The notes: generated by a model from the letters alone, not told the origin. Shown: positions 11,930-23,610, counted from the first letter of the stretch. The stretch is DNA of 62,303 nt from Spirogloea muscicola (GCA_009602725.1 WELB01000015.1:331649-393951); one strand, 5' to 3'. Made by a program: numbers and translations.

Positions 11930-12292
11930 GGTGCGGTGAGCCGGCCGACCTCAACGCCGCTCGCTCGTGGGCCCAAGTCTATCGTATGAGATTGGCGGTC
12001 TCCCTTCAGCGGTCCATGGCCCAAGCCTTGCATCTGCGTGCTGGCCGTGCTCTCGCTGCGGCCTCCGGCTTTCGTCAGGGGGATAGTCCGGCAGCTGGTC
12101 TGTCGGATTCGAGGCTCCTCACTCGTGACTACTGAGTGGTCCATCCTCCCCACGTACTGCCGTAGCTTCTTCAGGCCCCTTCTTCTTGCCCCTTCGTAGC
12201 TGCTAAGCGTTTTATGGCCCCTTCAAAGCTTTGTCAGTTCTTTTCGGGCTGGCTTTTCACAGCCCCAGCCCCCATTGGGAGTGCCCCTTCTT
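11930..12292 (+). mobile_element. CRE family C 3' end
   Basis: AQVYRMRLAVSLQRSMAQALHLRAGRALAAASG...LSDSRLLTRDY*; UTR homologous to 59655-59838. Confidence 0.88.
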
Positions 12293-13332
12293 CTATGATA
12301 AGGCGAAAATTGCTGCAGTGTCAATGGCTGCCCCAAAAGGCCGCACCTCTCCCTGCTCGCCCCCTTCCTCCAGCACACTCCTCGAACGTGGCCTTCGCTG
12401 CGCGCTTCGTTGCGCAAAACCGTGCCCACCCTTACGTAGGTTTCTGCCCCTTGACGTGGTCAGCGAGCTGATAAGCCGCCTCAATCTTGATCCTTGTGCA
12501 AATTTCGCTTATCCTGCTGTACAATTCAACGTGGGCCTGTTTGCAACATAGTGAGCTGAGCCTCATTTTCACGTTGTTGGCACCCTTCCTATCTCAAGAG
12601 CTTCACTACGTTGATGGACGTTAAACCTTGACAGACATTATGACACTCTTTCTGCTTATTTTATTCTAAAGTTGGCCCCTTCTTGAGCAGCATTTGGCAG
12701 CCCCAGCTCGCAGGAAGATCCAGTGAGCCCGTGACGTTCCAGATACTTGCATCTATGCAATTCGGATGAACAGACGGCCACGCCCTCTCCTTCTCCTGTC
12801 AGAATCGAGTCGGCCCATTGCTACAGCATGAATGCCTAGATGAGCTGCGGCACAGTTTCGAAGTCACGCACTTGAGCCAAGTACTCACAGTGGCTGCTCA
12901 CATGCGCTTGCAAAGGCCAGATCAACAACATCACACAGGACCTGATTCAACAACATCACACGGGACCTGACATCCCGCTTTGCCAGTCCCAGCACTACTG
13001 CTTGAGAGCACGATGTCATGCCGCCCTCGACAATGGCTCACACCACAGACTTTCTCTCCTTCTGCAGCAAGAGGCATTGTTGGCCAAAATCTTGTTGCCT
13101 TCCAGACATCGAAGCATGCCAAAGGCAATTGCTGCTCAAGATCGAGCAGGGCCGAGGGTTTGCTCCTCCAGACTATGTAGCATGTGCAGCACCAAAACCT
13201 GAAGTCACTGCTGACTCCGTCCCTTATGGGCAGGCATTACTGTAAGCTGGAGATGTAGCAAATTTCCGACGGCATTACAACCTGTGGCGCCAGCCACGTC
13301 AATGGCACTGGGGGCAGAACTAGCTAAGACCG

Positions 13333-16002
13333 TCATCCGCTCCGGACTGCACGGTTGAGGCGCGCCAGGATAGCGCCAGCTGACCGGTTGCTGGGGTCCC
13401 GGCGCGTCACCTCTTGGAGGTCCACGACACCGAGCTTGTACTTCTCCATGGTTTCGTATAAGATGGCACGCTGCATCAAAACCGCCACGTCACCGGGGTC
13501 TATCTCCAGGGCCTGAGCTCGCTTGCCAGGGAGAGCAAAAGTGGTCATCAAGCTACATATACACATTCACAAGCAATCAGCAACCGTGGTCACGACTAGG
13601 GTACAATAGACCAGGCCTAGTGAGACACATATGAGTGACCATAGGTAGGCAAGGAAGCAAGCAAAGAGCACCTTAGAGTATCTACAACCCTGCACTGTAT
13701 GCAACGGGAATGACTGAGTGCGCCTACTTGTTGGCGAGCATACTGCACCTTCATCAGCTATAAAGTTGCTAAAAATTAGCCTCTTCTACAGCTTGAGAGC
13801 CTTCATTTTAGAAGGGATATGAATGATGGCCTCAAGCTTGCGGCGCACCTCAGAGCAGTCGGCGACGGCCTTCTTCAGCTCACCGGCCTCTTTGTAGCAG
13901 GCCGCACGACAGACGAGGGCGTCCTTGAGTGCACTGCCGCTGCCACCTCCTCGCCGAGCAAGCTCCGCTGCCCAGATGAGCCACTTGATAGCATCCGCAA
14001 ACTGGCCAGCGCGGTGCAGCTCTATGCCCCGCGCCGCCGCTACGCCAGCCACCAGGCCTACCGGCGGCGGCGGCAGGCCCTCCAGCTCGTGTGTGGTACC
14101 ATCGACCGTGCCCGCAAAGTCGCCCCAGTCTTCTGCAGCAACCACCGTCGTTGTCGACGCTGTCGTACGACTGGCCAGGGAGTTGTCAGCTCCGCTGCTG
14201 CCACTGGTGCCCATGAGCAGCGCCTCTAGGGGATCCATCATGGTGGCGGCGGCCCTGGGCCTCACACTGCTGACGGCCACTGCACCAAAGGCTTCAACAA
14301 AGGGGTCCATCACTGGAGCGCCACTACTGGTGCCTGTGAAGAGATCGTCGAGGTTAGCCGCTGCTGCCGCTACAGAGATGGAGCTCCCTGTCGCTGCCGT
14401 TGTTGGTACTGCTGCTGGGAAAGACGTGCCAAAGAGGTCCTCCACCGAGCTTAAACTGTCCATCAAAGCCTCAGGCTGTTGGAAGCCATTGTCAAAGAGG
14501 TTGCCAGAGGCTGCAAACGGATCCACGGCCGCTGCAGGCAGCTCGCGGCTGGCAGATGAGGACAGCAGGCTGGCCGCGGGGACACCACTGACGTCTGCTG
14601 CCTCGAACCAGTCAACACCATTGCTCTCGGCTGCAGCCAAAGGTGATGCGGCAGCCTCTGTGAAGCTCGCAAAGTCGTTGGCCCTGCTTTCGTTGCCAGC
14701 AACAGAGCCGGGGTTCACCTGAGAAGCGCCACCCAAAGGAGGGCCATGAGTTTCAAGCTTAGTTGCTAGAACGGCAAAAATTCTTCAACAACGCGTTCGT
14801 ATATGACAGGCCCAGAACTGCACTAAGTGATGCAATCTGCAACAGAATGAGATCTGAAGATTTATGCTTGCCATGATGCAAGTATTCCAAGAGCCTCTTC
14901 TGTGCAGCCTGGCACTGGGTTTGCTACGGCTGTGCATGCCCGGCGCTGACAGAGAGACCCTGCGTCAGATGAGGATGTAATGGGCGCCGCAAAGCAAGGA
15001 GGAGGAAGCGGCAACTCGCTGCGAGCATAGCATACTTGAGGGCCAGCGTTGCCGAAGGCGACAAAGGGATCCTTGGAGGGGGCCGGCGGCATTGCAGTTG
15101 CCGCTGACTGTTGCCTGTTCAGCGAAGTGGGTTCGGCCGGAAGGTCCTGAGACAGGGCATTCAGGTCCCGGGCATCCTCGCCGACGATGCCGCCGCTGCC
15201 GTCACGGCCGCCACTGGCGGCGCTGGCCAGAGTGGCGGCGCCATTGCTCGACGGGGCCTTGGCACGAACCATGGGGCCCGAGGGCGACTGAATTGCAGCT
15301 CCGCCAAGAAGGTCTGCAAAGAGGTCGCGCTTGCGGGCGGCCTGCGCCGGGGGCGGCGTCCACGCCGGCTGCAGGCATGCATGCATGATCACGTCACTGG
15401 GCGGGGCCCGAGCAAATCCAGCACAGATCTTATAGAAGGGAATGTGTGTTGAGCGATGGAGGGCCTGAGTGGCCAAGTACAAAGGCAGGCACTTTGACAG
15501 ATGTATATCAGATCTAGCTACAAGCTGTGTACTTAGCAATTAGCCAATTCCGATTCCAATTCCAATTCCAATTTCAATCAAAGGAAATTGGTCGCTGAGC
15601 AGAGACTGGGCTCGACCTTAGTGGGCGCCCACGATGCCGCTGGCTGCGGCGGCGGCGCCGGCGCCGGCGTCCGCGACGGGGCGGGGCTGCCTCCGCCACC
15701 GTCACCAGTGGCCGGGCCTCGGCCCCCGGCGAGCTTCTGGGCTTTGAGGCTGCCGCCGCCGGCGGCGGCTGCGTGCTGCCAAGGCGCGCACCAGCCCCCG
15801 CCGTCAGAGTTTCCCTAATTGGAGGTCACAGGTTCAGATCGCGGCGCCGCCCGGCGGAGGCAGCGTTCTCGCGGGCGGGCACCTGCGCGGGCGCGCCGCC
15901 GCCGCCGAGGCCAAAGTCGAAGCGGTAGCTGGCCAGGCCGACGCCGCCTCCGCCGCCGCCGCCGCCGCCGCCGGCTGTGGCAGTGGATGGCGGTGCTGGC
16001 AT
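13333..16002 (-). CDS. TPR-domain protein with low-complexity N-terminus (At3g16760-like)
   Basis: N-terminal YRFDFGLG; TTHELEGLPPPP; GQFADAIKWL; RAACYKEAGELKKAVADCSE|ALEIDP..LMQRAILYETMEKYKLG. Exons include 15368-15036, 14718-13849 and 13512-13333. Confidence 0.85.
15432..15530 (-). mobile_element. CRE family B 3' UTR fragment in a TPR gene intron
   Basis: Reverse complement contains TGCCTTTGTACTTGGCCACTCAGGCCCTCCATCGCTCAACACAC. Confidence 0.8.
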
Positions 16003-16061
16003 TGACCGCGACAGCGGCGGCGGCAGCAACGGCAGCTCACCACCACTGCTCGCGCTGGCAG

Positions 16062-16321
16062 CCGTCCGCGCTCTGGATGGCGTCCAGCCGGGCCTCGCGG
16101 CGGCCGTGCGCGCCGCTGGCAGCCCGTCCACGCACATCCGCGTCGAGGTCCTCGGCGACGGCGGCGGCGGTGGCGGCGGCAGCTGCAGCCGGTCCACCAT
16201 CCCGCTGCCGCCCGAGTACGTCGTCATTGCGTGGCGGCGCATCCAGGAGATCCTGGCGGCCCGCGTGGCGCCCGCCGCCGTCCACTGCTCGCACCGCCTG
16301 TGGGCATACGCCGCGTCCGAG
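16062..16321 (+). pseudogene. Possible orphan exon of an FAD-dependent monooxygenase
   Basis: AVRALDGVQPGLAAAVRAAG...IAWRRIQEILAARVAPAAVHCSHRL resembles the segment after the Rossmann motif of flavoprotein monooxygenases. Flanked by CAG and GTCAG; no other exons seen. Confidence 0.4.
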
Positions 16322-16479
16322 GTCAGCCGCCGTCGCCGCCGCCGCCATTGCCGCAGCCGTCGCCGCCACTGCCGCCGCCGCCGTCGCCGTGGTGTAGGTC
16401 AAGCGTCGCCGGCGAGTATCGGGCGGCCGGTATAAGAGCGGTTCGACCGCAGCGGTGAATTGGCGGCTGCTTAATAAGG

Positions 16480-16722
16480 AAAAAGCTCTTTAGAGGTGCG
16501 AGGGCTGTGAAATGCCAGCCCGAAAAGTATGGGCAGTCTGTAATGCTGCTGCGTCTAGACTACAGTGAAGGCTCATCCGAAGGGGGCGAGGCTGTGATCA
16601 GCCAGCCCGAGCATGACTGAACAAGGTCCGGAGGGGTTGACAAAAAGTGAGCTCTTCCAAAAGAAATTTCGTGTATTTGAAACAATCGAAGGCCAGTATG
16701 GCCAAGTACAGAGGTAAGCACA
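16480..16722 (-). mobile_element. Stack of CRE terminal tails between the divergent TPR and Raf1 genes
   Basis: Hairpin tails at about 16502-16521 and 16590-16608; B-like UTR at 16663-16722 also found at 6468-6527. Confidence 0.7.
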
Positions 16723-17166
16723 TCTTATGACGTAGCAGCTAGCATCTAGCAGCTACTGGNGCGCGGCGGGCGGCCAGGCCCCGCAGCGCCCGGACCCGCC
16801 CGCGTTCCTGCCGGGTGCGCGCGCTCGCCTCTGCCGCCGTCGTGCAGTCCCGGCGCCGCGCTTGCTCTCGATGCCAGGCAATGACATGCGTTGGCTGCTG
16901 GCATGGTTTCGGGTAGTCCGTCCCAAGGTATCAAACGGTTCAGGGTTTAAGCCGTGAAGCACTGTCGTTTCAGCTGGAAAGGGCGGATCCCGAGCGACAT
17001 GCCGCGCGAGGGGCCAGCGCCGCTCTGCGCCTGGATCTGCTAGCTAAGGCGTGCGGTTCTGGGCTTGACTCTAGGGTTCAAGCCTTAGCTCTGCCATAGG
17101 TCGCTTTCCTAAGATTCTACTTCATACTCACACTTTTATTAACATCATCTTTCTGACCGTATGCAG

Positions 17167-18751
17167 GTGGCAAGGAGGCGCCGGACACTGCAAGGCGCCT
17201 CTCCAATAGCCTCTCGCCGCCGGGGCTGGGCTTCTTCCGGCCGCCTAGACTAGGCAGTACGCAGCCAGCGCCGCAGGCCAAATGATGTATGATGCACATG
17301 AGGGGACCCAAATGCAGCTTCTATGTAAAACAGAAGTCGCTCTAGTGGATACATTTTGAGAGTGGAGGCAGCCACAGGACTTGCTCGTGCAAGCTCAACT
17401 TGGGTGCGGGTCTGATTGGCATAAAGTTTGATCAAAAGTGAGGGTGCCATGAGTGACTCCATGCGGCTGCAGATATTGCGGGTTGTGATACTCGTACATC
17501 TGCGGCGCAGTTCCTGGAATGTCCTCTGCTGCTCCGAGCGAGCTGGAGCGCAACAGCCAGCAGGCTGAGGAAGACGCCCGGCAGCTTACAGAGCTGGTCA
17601 TGGACAGGCAGGGCACGTGGCAGGAGCGCGCGGAGGCCATCCGCACGCTCCAGAAGCAGGGCCTGACGGCGGAGGAGCTTTATGATTACACGCTCGTAAC
17701 CACTGAGAAGCAGACACAAATGGTTGTTGCTGCTCAGGTACGCGGCTTTCTTTAACAAGCAGCGCCGATGCTACGGTACAAAATCCTGCTAGAAGGATGC
17801 AGCTGTGTAGCGTGTACCCTCAACACCAAGGACCTTGACAATGTCACTTTCGTGCTGGTACTTTGCCCTGCAGGTCTTCAGCTCCATGCAGTCTGCTGAC
17901 ACCCCCTCAGATGTGCTTGCGGCGTTCACTGAGGACGACGTTGAGCTGCTGTATGAAATGCGCTTATTAACAGGCAGTCAGCGCAAGGTGACCTGCTGCA
18001 AATCTCGGCATCATGCTCAACAAGGCTTCATTGTATCATTCATTCAAAGAGGAGCAATGGAAGAAGCAGTGTAGTCTTTTGCCTTCTATGAACCCACTGC
18101 GTGTCCTTGCTGCCACTACTATCATTCTGATAACAACAGCAACAGCAAAGCCAGCCCTGCTGTCTATCATCAGGCCTAGTGGGAGCTCAAGGCTGTGAAA
18201 TTGTGGTACTTGTTATTCCTCTTCTTAACAGTTTCTTGGTGTGTACTGGTACCCAGGCTGCTGCCGACTACATCGTGGCCAACAACCTTGATCGTGCTGA
18301 AACAAGGGAGCTCGCCAGAGCCATAAAGGACCACGAGCGAAGGCCGGAGGGAAGGAAGGTATTTGTCATTCATGGAGCTAATCAGCCTAAAGACAATCGA
18401 CATGCATGAGAGCCTGCTGCATCCTACGCTTTATGGGGATCCAGACTGAGAGTCAGCAGTTGTCATATTACATGCATCTAATAAGACTGACTGGGACTTC
18501 AATCACCGTCGAACACAACTTTGACTACAAACGAAACAACAACCCTTCCTAACAAGAATACTTAACCTTATATGACTGTGTTGTGCAAGCAGGGATTCAC
18601 ACCAGCTCCTGGAGACTGCCTAGCGTTCATGCTGTACTTGGCTGCCGGCGAGAGCAGGAGCATTGAGCAGAAGGAGAAGCTCGTGCAGAGGGGCCAGTCA
18701 GTAGCGGAGACTGACACAGCCCGTGCACGGTTTTCAGAATTTGAGAGCTGA
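17167..18751 (+). CDS. RAF1: Rubisco accumulation factor 1-like protein, HTH + alpha-helical domain only (first exon uncertain)
   Basis: Exons 17511-17737, 17874-17987, 18257-18358, 18593-18751: RQGTWQE..LQKQG..QMVVAAQVFSS..LLYEMRLL..QRKAAADYI..ELARAIKD..GFTPAPGDCLAF. TGA at 18749. Confidence 0.8.
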
Positions 18752-19169
18752 CTAAGTGGCAGTGCACCTGTCAGCAAGAGGGAGCCCATTGCATGTAGCC
18801 AAGCTGGTCGCACGAGCCACATTGCATGAGGCACAGAGCTAGGAAATCAAGTGGTAGACGAAAGCTGGTCATACTCTTTTTGTTTATGTCCAATTTTGCG
18901 CAGAGGCCAAGTTGACTGATTAATGAGCAGCCATATGTTCGGTTTGATCTGAAGCTAAACATTTCCTGTGAGACCGAGCGCTTGATGATCCTTAAGTGGT
19001 TTTTGAAAGACAAAAAGAGCGGCCACGTCAATGGCAATGTCCTCTGCCTCCGCAGCCCCGATGAAGGCATTGACCAATATCCGAAGGGGCCAGAAAAGTA
19101 GTTCGGGGGTTGAGAGGCTCTTTCAGTAGAGGGCGATGGCTGTGGTTGGCCAGCCCAGGAACAAACCGG

Positions 19170-19572
19170 TAAAGGAAACATCTCTTCCAATGTAAGGTGT
19201 GTACTAAGTGGAGGGCCTGAGTGGCCAAGTACAAAGGCACGCACATCAACAGATGTACATCACCTGCTGCTAAGCTGACCAGTTCAATAACCACGAGTCA
19301 GCACATAGAGGTCGCTAACTGATGCCCGAATACCGGACAGCGTTTGACAAGCTCTTGTGCCACCGGCTAAGGCTCGACCAGCTTTCTGGTGCAAAGCATG
19401 AGCCTGGGCTCGCTGTAAAAGAGGCTGACACACTGAAAGTGGCCATAACGACAGATGGGCTGCCGGTATGCGCATTTTGTCTGGAAGCACATTCTCACGT
19501 CGTTCAATCCTAGACTTGCGATGTTGTCAAGGGTGTGAAAACGAGGACCCATGCAGCCAAAGGGTTCAACTG
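19170..19572 (-). mobile_element. CRE family B 3' end
   Basis: AVEPFGCMG (RLE C-terminal motif) ... QRAQAHALHQKAGRALAGG..VSDLYVLTRGY* plus UTR. Confidence 0.88.
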
Positions 19573-19574
19573 CC

Positions 19575-19670
19575 AAAAGTAAGGCAATGGCTGTGAGACG
19601 CCAGCCCAAAGGCCCCTTCGAGCTTTGTCCATTCTTTTTCTGGGCTGGCCACTCACAGCCATCGCCCTCT
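19575..19670. mobile_element. Two head-to-head CRE terminal hairpin tails
   Basis: GGCTGTGAGACGCCAGCCC (minus) abutting GGCCCCTTCG..TTCTGGGCTGGCCACTCACAGCC (plus). Confidence 0.75.
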
Positions 19671-19671
19671 C

Positions 19672-19892
19672 TGTCATTTCTTGCGACGGCGAGTGTCAGC
19701 GTGTCTGCAGCGAGCTCAGGCTCATGCGTTGCATCAGAAATCTGGACGTTCCTCAGCTTTTAGCTGAAGAGCTTGTCGATTGCAGTCCGGTATTTGGGCA
19801 TCAGTTAGCGACCTCTATGTGCTGACTCGTGGTTACTGAGCGGGTCAGCGTAGCAGCAGGTGACGTGCATTTGTCAATGTGCTTGCCTTTGT
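19672..19892 (+). mobile_element. CRE family B 3' end, truncated within its UTR
   Basis: VSVSAASSGS antisense-type match to 10508-10725; sense frame reads SACLQRAQAHALHQK...VSDLYVLTRGY*. Confidence 0.88.
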
Positions 19893-20358
19893 AGTAGGCT
19901 CCTGGGCCTACTGCCGCCATGTCTCCAGGGTGTGCGTCAATGTGAGTGTGGCGAGCGCGGGACCGAGCCTGGAGAGCTGGCTGCTCATGTTCTGCGCTGT
20001 TCCCACGGCGGAGAGCGGACAGCGGCCCACGACCGCCTCCGCGATGTAATGCATGGCATCCTGTTGGAGGCTGGTTTCTCCATGGCAGCAGAGCACTCCG
20101 GAATCATGCCAATCCAGCACAGGGCCGACGGTCTCCACGCCAGGCGTGTAGACCTGGTGGCCACCCGACAGGCCGGCGGGCCACGTCTTCTCCTGGACGT
20201 GGTGACTACTGATGCCTATGACCGCTCACACCCAGCTAAATGTGCCACCACGGCTGGGTATGCGGTCGCCTGCGCTGCTCGGGCCAAAGAGCTGAAGTAC
20301 GCGGATCATCCGCGGGAAGACGAGTTCTTCCCGTTGGCCATCGACACACATGGGGCAA
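19893..20358 (+). mobile_element. CRE family A fragment (zinc knuckle + RLE), running into a gap
   Basis: RLLGLLPPCLQGVRQCECGE..HVLRCSHGGERTAAHDRLRD..RRVDLVAT..FFPLAIDTHGA, highly similar to the protein of the 2743-5425 element. Confidence 0.92.
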
Positions 20359-20814
20359 NNNNNNNNNNNNNNNNNNNNNNNNNNNNNNNNNNNNNNNNNN
20401 NNNNNNNNNNNNNNNNNNNNNNNNNNNNNNNNNNNNNNNNNNNNNNNNNNNNNNNNNNNNNNNNNNNNNNNNNNNNNNNNNNNNNNNNNNNNNNNNNNNN
20501 NNNNNNNNNNNNNNNNNNNNNNNNNNNNNNNNNNNNNNNNNNNNNNNNNNNNNNNNNNNNNNNNNNNNNNNNNNNNNNNNNNNNNNNNNNNNNNNNNNNN
20601 NNNNNNNNNNNNNNNNNNNNNNNNNNNNNNNNNNNNNNNNNNNNNNNNNNNNNNNNNNNNNNNNNNNNNNNNNNNNNNNNNNNNNNNNNNNNNNNNNNNN
20701 NNNNNNNNNNNNNNNNNNNNNNNNNNNNNNNNNNNNNNNNNNNNNNNNNNNNNNNNNNNNNNNNNNNNNNNNNNNNNNNNNNNNNNNNNNNNNNNNNNNN
20801 NNNNNNNNNNNNNN
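20359..20814. other. Assembly gap (N run)
   Basis: Run of N. Confidence 1.
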
Positions 20815-23610
20815 GCCCTGGTCGCCCGCGACGCCCGGCGGCTCCGACGGCGGCGGCGGCGGCGGCCGCGGCGGCGGCGGGTACGACGACGTCACGGTGC
20901 AGCTGAGCCCCTTTGACGGCCGCGCCGGGCTCCACCTCGCTGCCATTGCCAGCGGCGGAGGAGACGACGACTGCGACGACGGCTGGGCCTCCTTGCGTTG
21001 CACGTACCGATGCCGCAACATGGTGCGCCGCTAGTCCCCCTCGGAGACTTGAACTCTGAACCTCAGGGTGGCCTCCGAGCCGCTCCTTGGCTGGGCTGAC
21101 GGGCGGCTTGTGGAGAGCAGGTGAAGGCGCGGGTGCTCGAGGACCTGGCCAACCGCGAGGCGGAGGCGGCGGCGCTTCGGGAGGCGTCGGGCCGCCTCTC
21201 CGCCACACTCGCCACCAGCGGTGAGGCTCCGTTTCGGCCGCCTGCTTTGCCAACAAAGAGCCCAATGTTAGAGAGCTCTTATTGACTAATGCTCGAATGG
21301 TAATGCGTATAGTCTTGCAACTTGTTGATGGGAGGAACATAGAAACTTGTAAGTGGAACATGTGTCTGCCGTAAGTATGAGCAAGCATAGGCTGGCGTGG
21401 ACTGAAGCTGATGCAGTTGCGGCTGTGTATCCTTTGGCAGAGAGCCAGCGGAGGGTGCTGCTGCAGAAGGTGGAGCGCCTGGAGCAGGCCTTGGCCGGCG
21501 CGGCGGCGCGTGAGGCGGCGCTGCACGGGCGGCAGGCGCTGGAGGCGAGCAAGGCCGGCGAGGAGCTCCGGCAGGAGATGAGACGGGTATCTGGCCTGCA
21601 GGTCTGGCTTGACGCCAAGATCTACCTTACGTTATGGGTTCAGGGGTTAGGGTTTAGGGTTCAAACCCTATATCTTAGACCCCTGAGTTGTAACCAAATT
21701 GAACGGGAGTGCATTATTGCTGAAGACAATTGTGCTGTATATGTTGACATTGCAGCTTGTTGCAGGAGCTTGACGTGGTTCGAGGCATTGATTATGGCGG
21801 CAGAGGCTCAGTGGTGCTGGTGTTAGTTTGTCTGCAGGCCAGTCTCCAGAAGGAGATGCGGCTGAGAGCAGAGGCAGAGGCGGCAGAAGCGCAGGCTGAG
21901 GCCCGCACTGCTGCTGCAGAGGTGGGCCTCAACGCTGCAGTGGAAGCAATGGCGAGGAAGCTGGCTCGGGCAGAGGAGGACCATGGGCGAGTGCAGGCTG
22001 ACTCGGCCTCGCGCATCTCCATGCTGGAGATGGAGGTAAGCGCATCCCGGCGCTGAAGTGGCCTCATATGCTGCTTAGCAGGCTAGAATCTCATTCACTT
22101 GTACAGGAGAATTACTTGTGTAATGTCACGAAGTGCTCATCTACTCCTGTCTTCCACTCTCAAGCTGCACGTGCTTGTGCATCCTTTTGGTTGTTCCTAC
22201 CAGAGCAGCCTTTGAGCTGCAAAGGTATGCAAGTCAAAGCTGCAGATGCTTGAGCATGTCAATGACCCGTGCTCCCTTGTTGCAGCTTCAAGCTGCAAAC
22301 GACAGAGCCGATGCAGGTGCGGACGAGCTTGTGGCTCTGGAGCACGAAGTGCTCCGCCTGCAGCAGGAGCTGGCCGAGGTGACATATCTACTTGTGCTCT
22401 TCAGAGTTATCATGATTCATGTCCGAGGCAACAGTGATCATTCTTGGGTGCCATGGACAAGCATAAGTTCCTCCCTTGAGGTTTAAACCTCAGAGGAGGA
22501 ACTTTTGGAAACTTTGAGACTCTCATAGAGCAGCTGATTGATCAGAGAGTAATGTGCCATCCAGATCACCATCCACCTGTCTGATGTTTGTCGCAGCTTC
22601 ATATTCCGATGCTCTCTTGGCTAAGACTCAATCTCTTCTTGTGGACAAGCAGGGCCTCCGGACAAGGCAAGAGTTGGAGCACCAGCTTGCAGATTGTCTG
22701 TTCATCCAGTCAAGCAGAGCAACAGAAGCAGGGTCCGAAGTTCTCGTAAAGCAGCTGCGCTTGAAGCTTGCAAGCATGGTGCGCCTTTCGGTCATGGCCC
22801 ACCAGCATGCAGCTAGAGCTAGACGTCTATAGTACTCTTGGAGGATACTTTATGATGCTTTTGAAAGCTTGCAGGGTTAGCATCCACAACCAGGGCTGCA
22901 AATCAATAGTTGGCTCACATTAACCATCTGCACAGATTGAGAATGATGACATATTGGTGAAGAACGATGACATTACTTCTGGATCAAAATTCAAGGCTCC
23001 ACATGATGCTTGCAGACAGAGGAAGTGAAAGGAGCCAGAAGCTTGAAGGAGCAGTGGTCCAATGCCGAGCTGCTAAGAGAAAAGGTGGAGAGTGAGAAGC
23101 AGAGAGCTCAGCGTGCAGAAGCTGCGCTTGAGGAGCTGGGCGAGCACCAGCAGAGGGCGAAGCGCCTCGAGGCGGAGCTACTGAAGTGGGAGGAAGCTGC
23201 AGGGCGGATCCCCGGGGTGCTAGGTCGCGAGGACTTGCTGTCAAGATTCTCAGAATTGCAGAAGTGAGTGATTAGTGAGTGATTAAATTGATGATTAGTG
23301 ACGGAATGATCGTTGTCATCCCGGTTATGCTTCATTCTGCTCTTGCTCAACTTCTTGCCAAATCTGGAGGCAGTATTTGAGTCATGATATTCTTGTGCTC
23401 AGGGAAATGATTGGAGCCGTTGCCAAGCACGGGGAGCTCTCTGCTGAGATCGTGCAATTACGCACGGCTTTGGTAATTGCTGAGGATGCCTACAGGCCCT
23501 CGGAGTACACCCGTTTTTTCGTACCTTCCCTCAGCCTCCACATTGTAGCCATGTACTCCTCATCCAATAGTTTGAATGATAGTTATGCCAAACACGAAGC
23601 GCAGCTTTGA
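20815..23610 (+). CDS. MAD1: Mitotic spindle checkpoint protein MAD1, N-terminal half only (3'-truncated, possible pseudogene)
   Basis: Plant MAD1 hallmark CTYRCRNM|VKA; coiled-coil exons with EVLVKQL, NAELLREKVESEKQRAQRAE, LEAELLKW..IPGV..FSELQKEMI. Similarity stops near 23495. Confidence 0.8.

Noticed and set aside
15545..15580. (ATTCCA)n short repeat and numerous (GCC)n runs elsewhere
   Set aside because: Common microsatellites.
21635..21670. Telomere-like GGGTTTA/AAACCCTA motifs (also near 6830, 16940, 17075)
   Set aside because: Only 2-4 degenerate units; likely telo-box-type intronic motifs, not a telomere, and not at CRE junctions.
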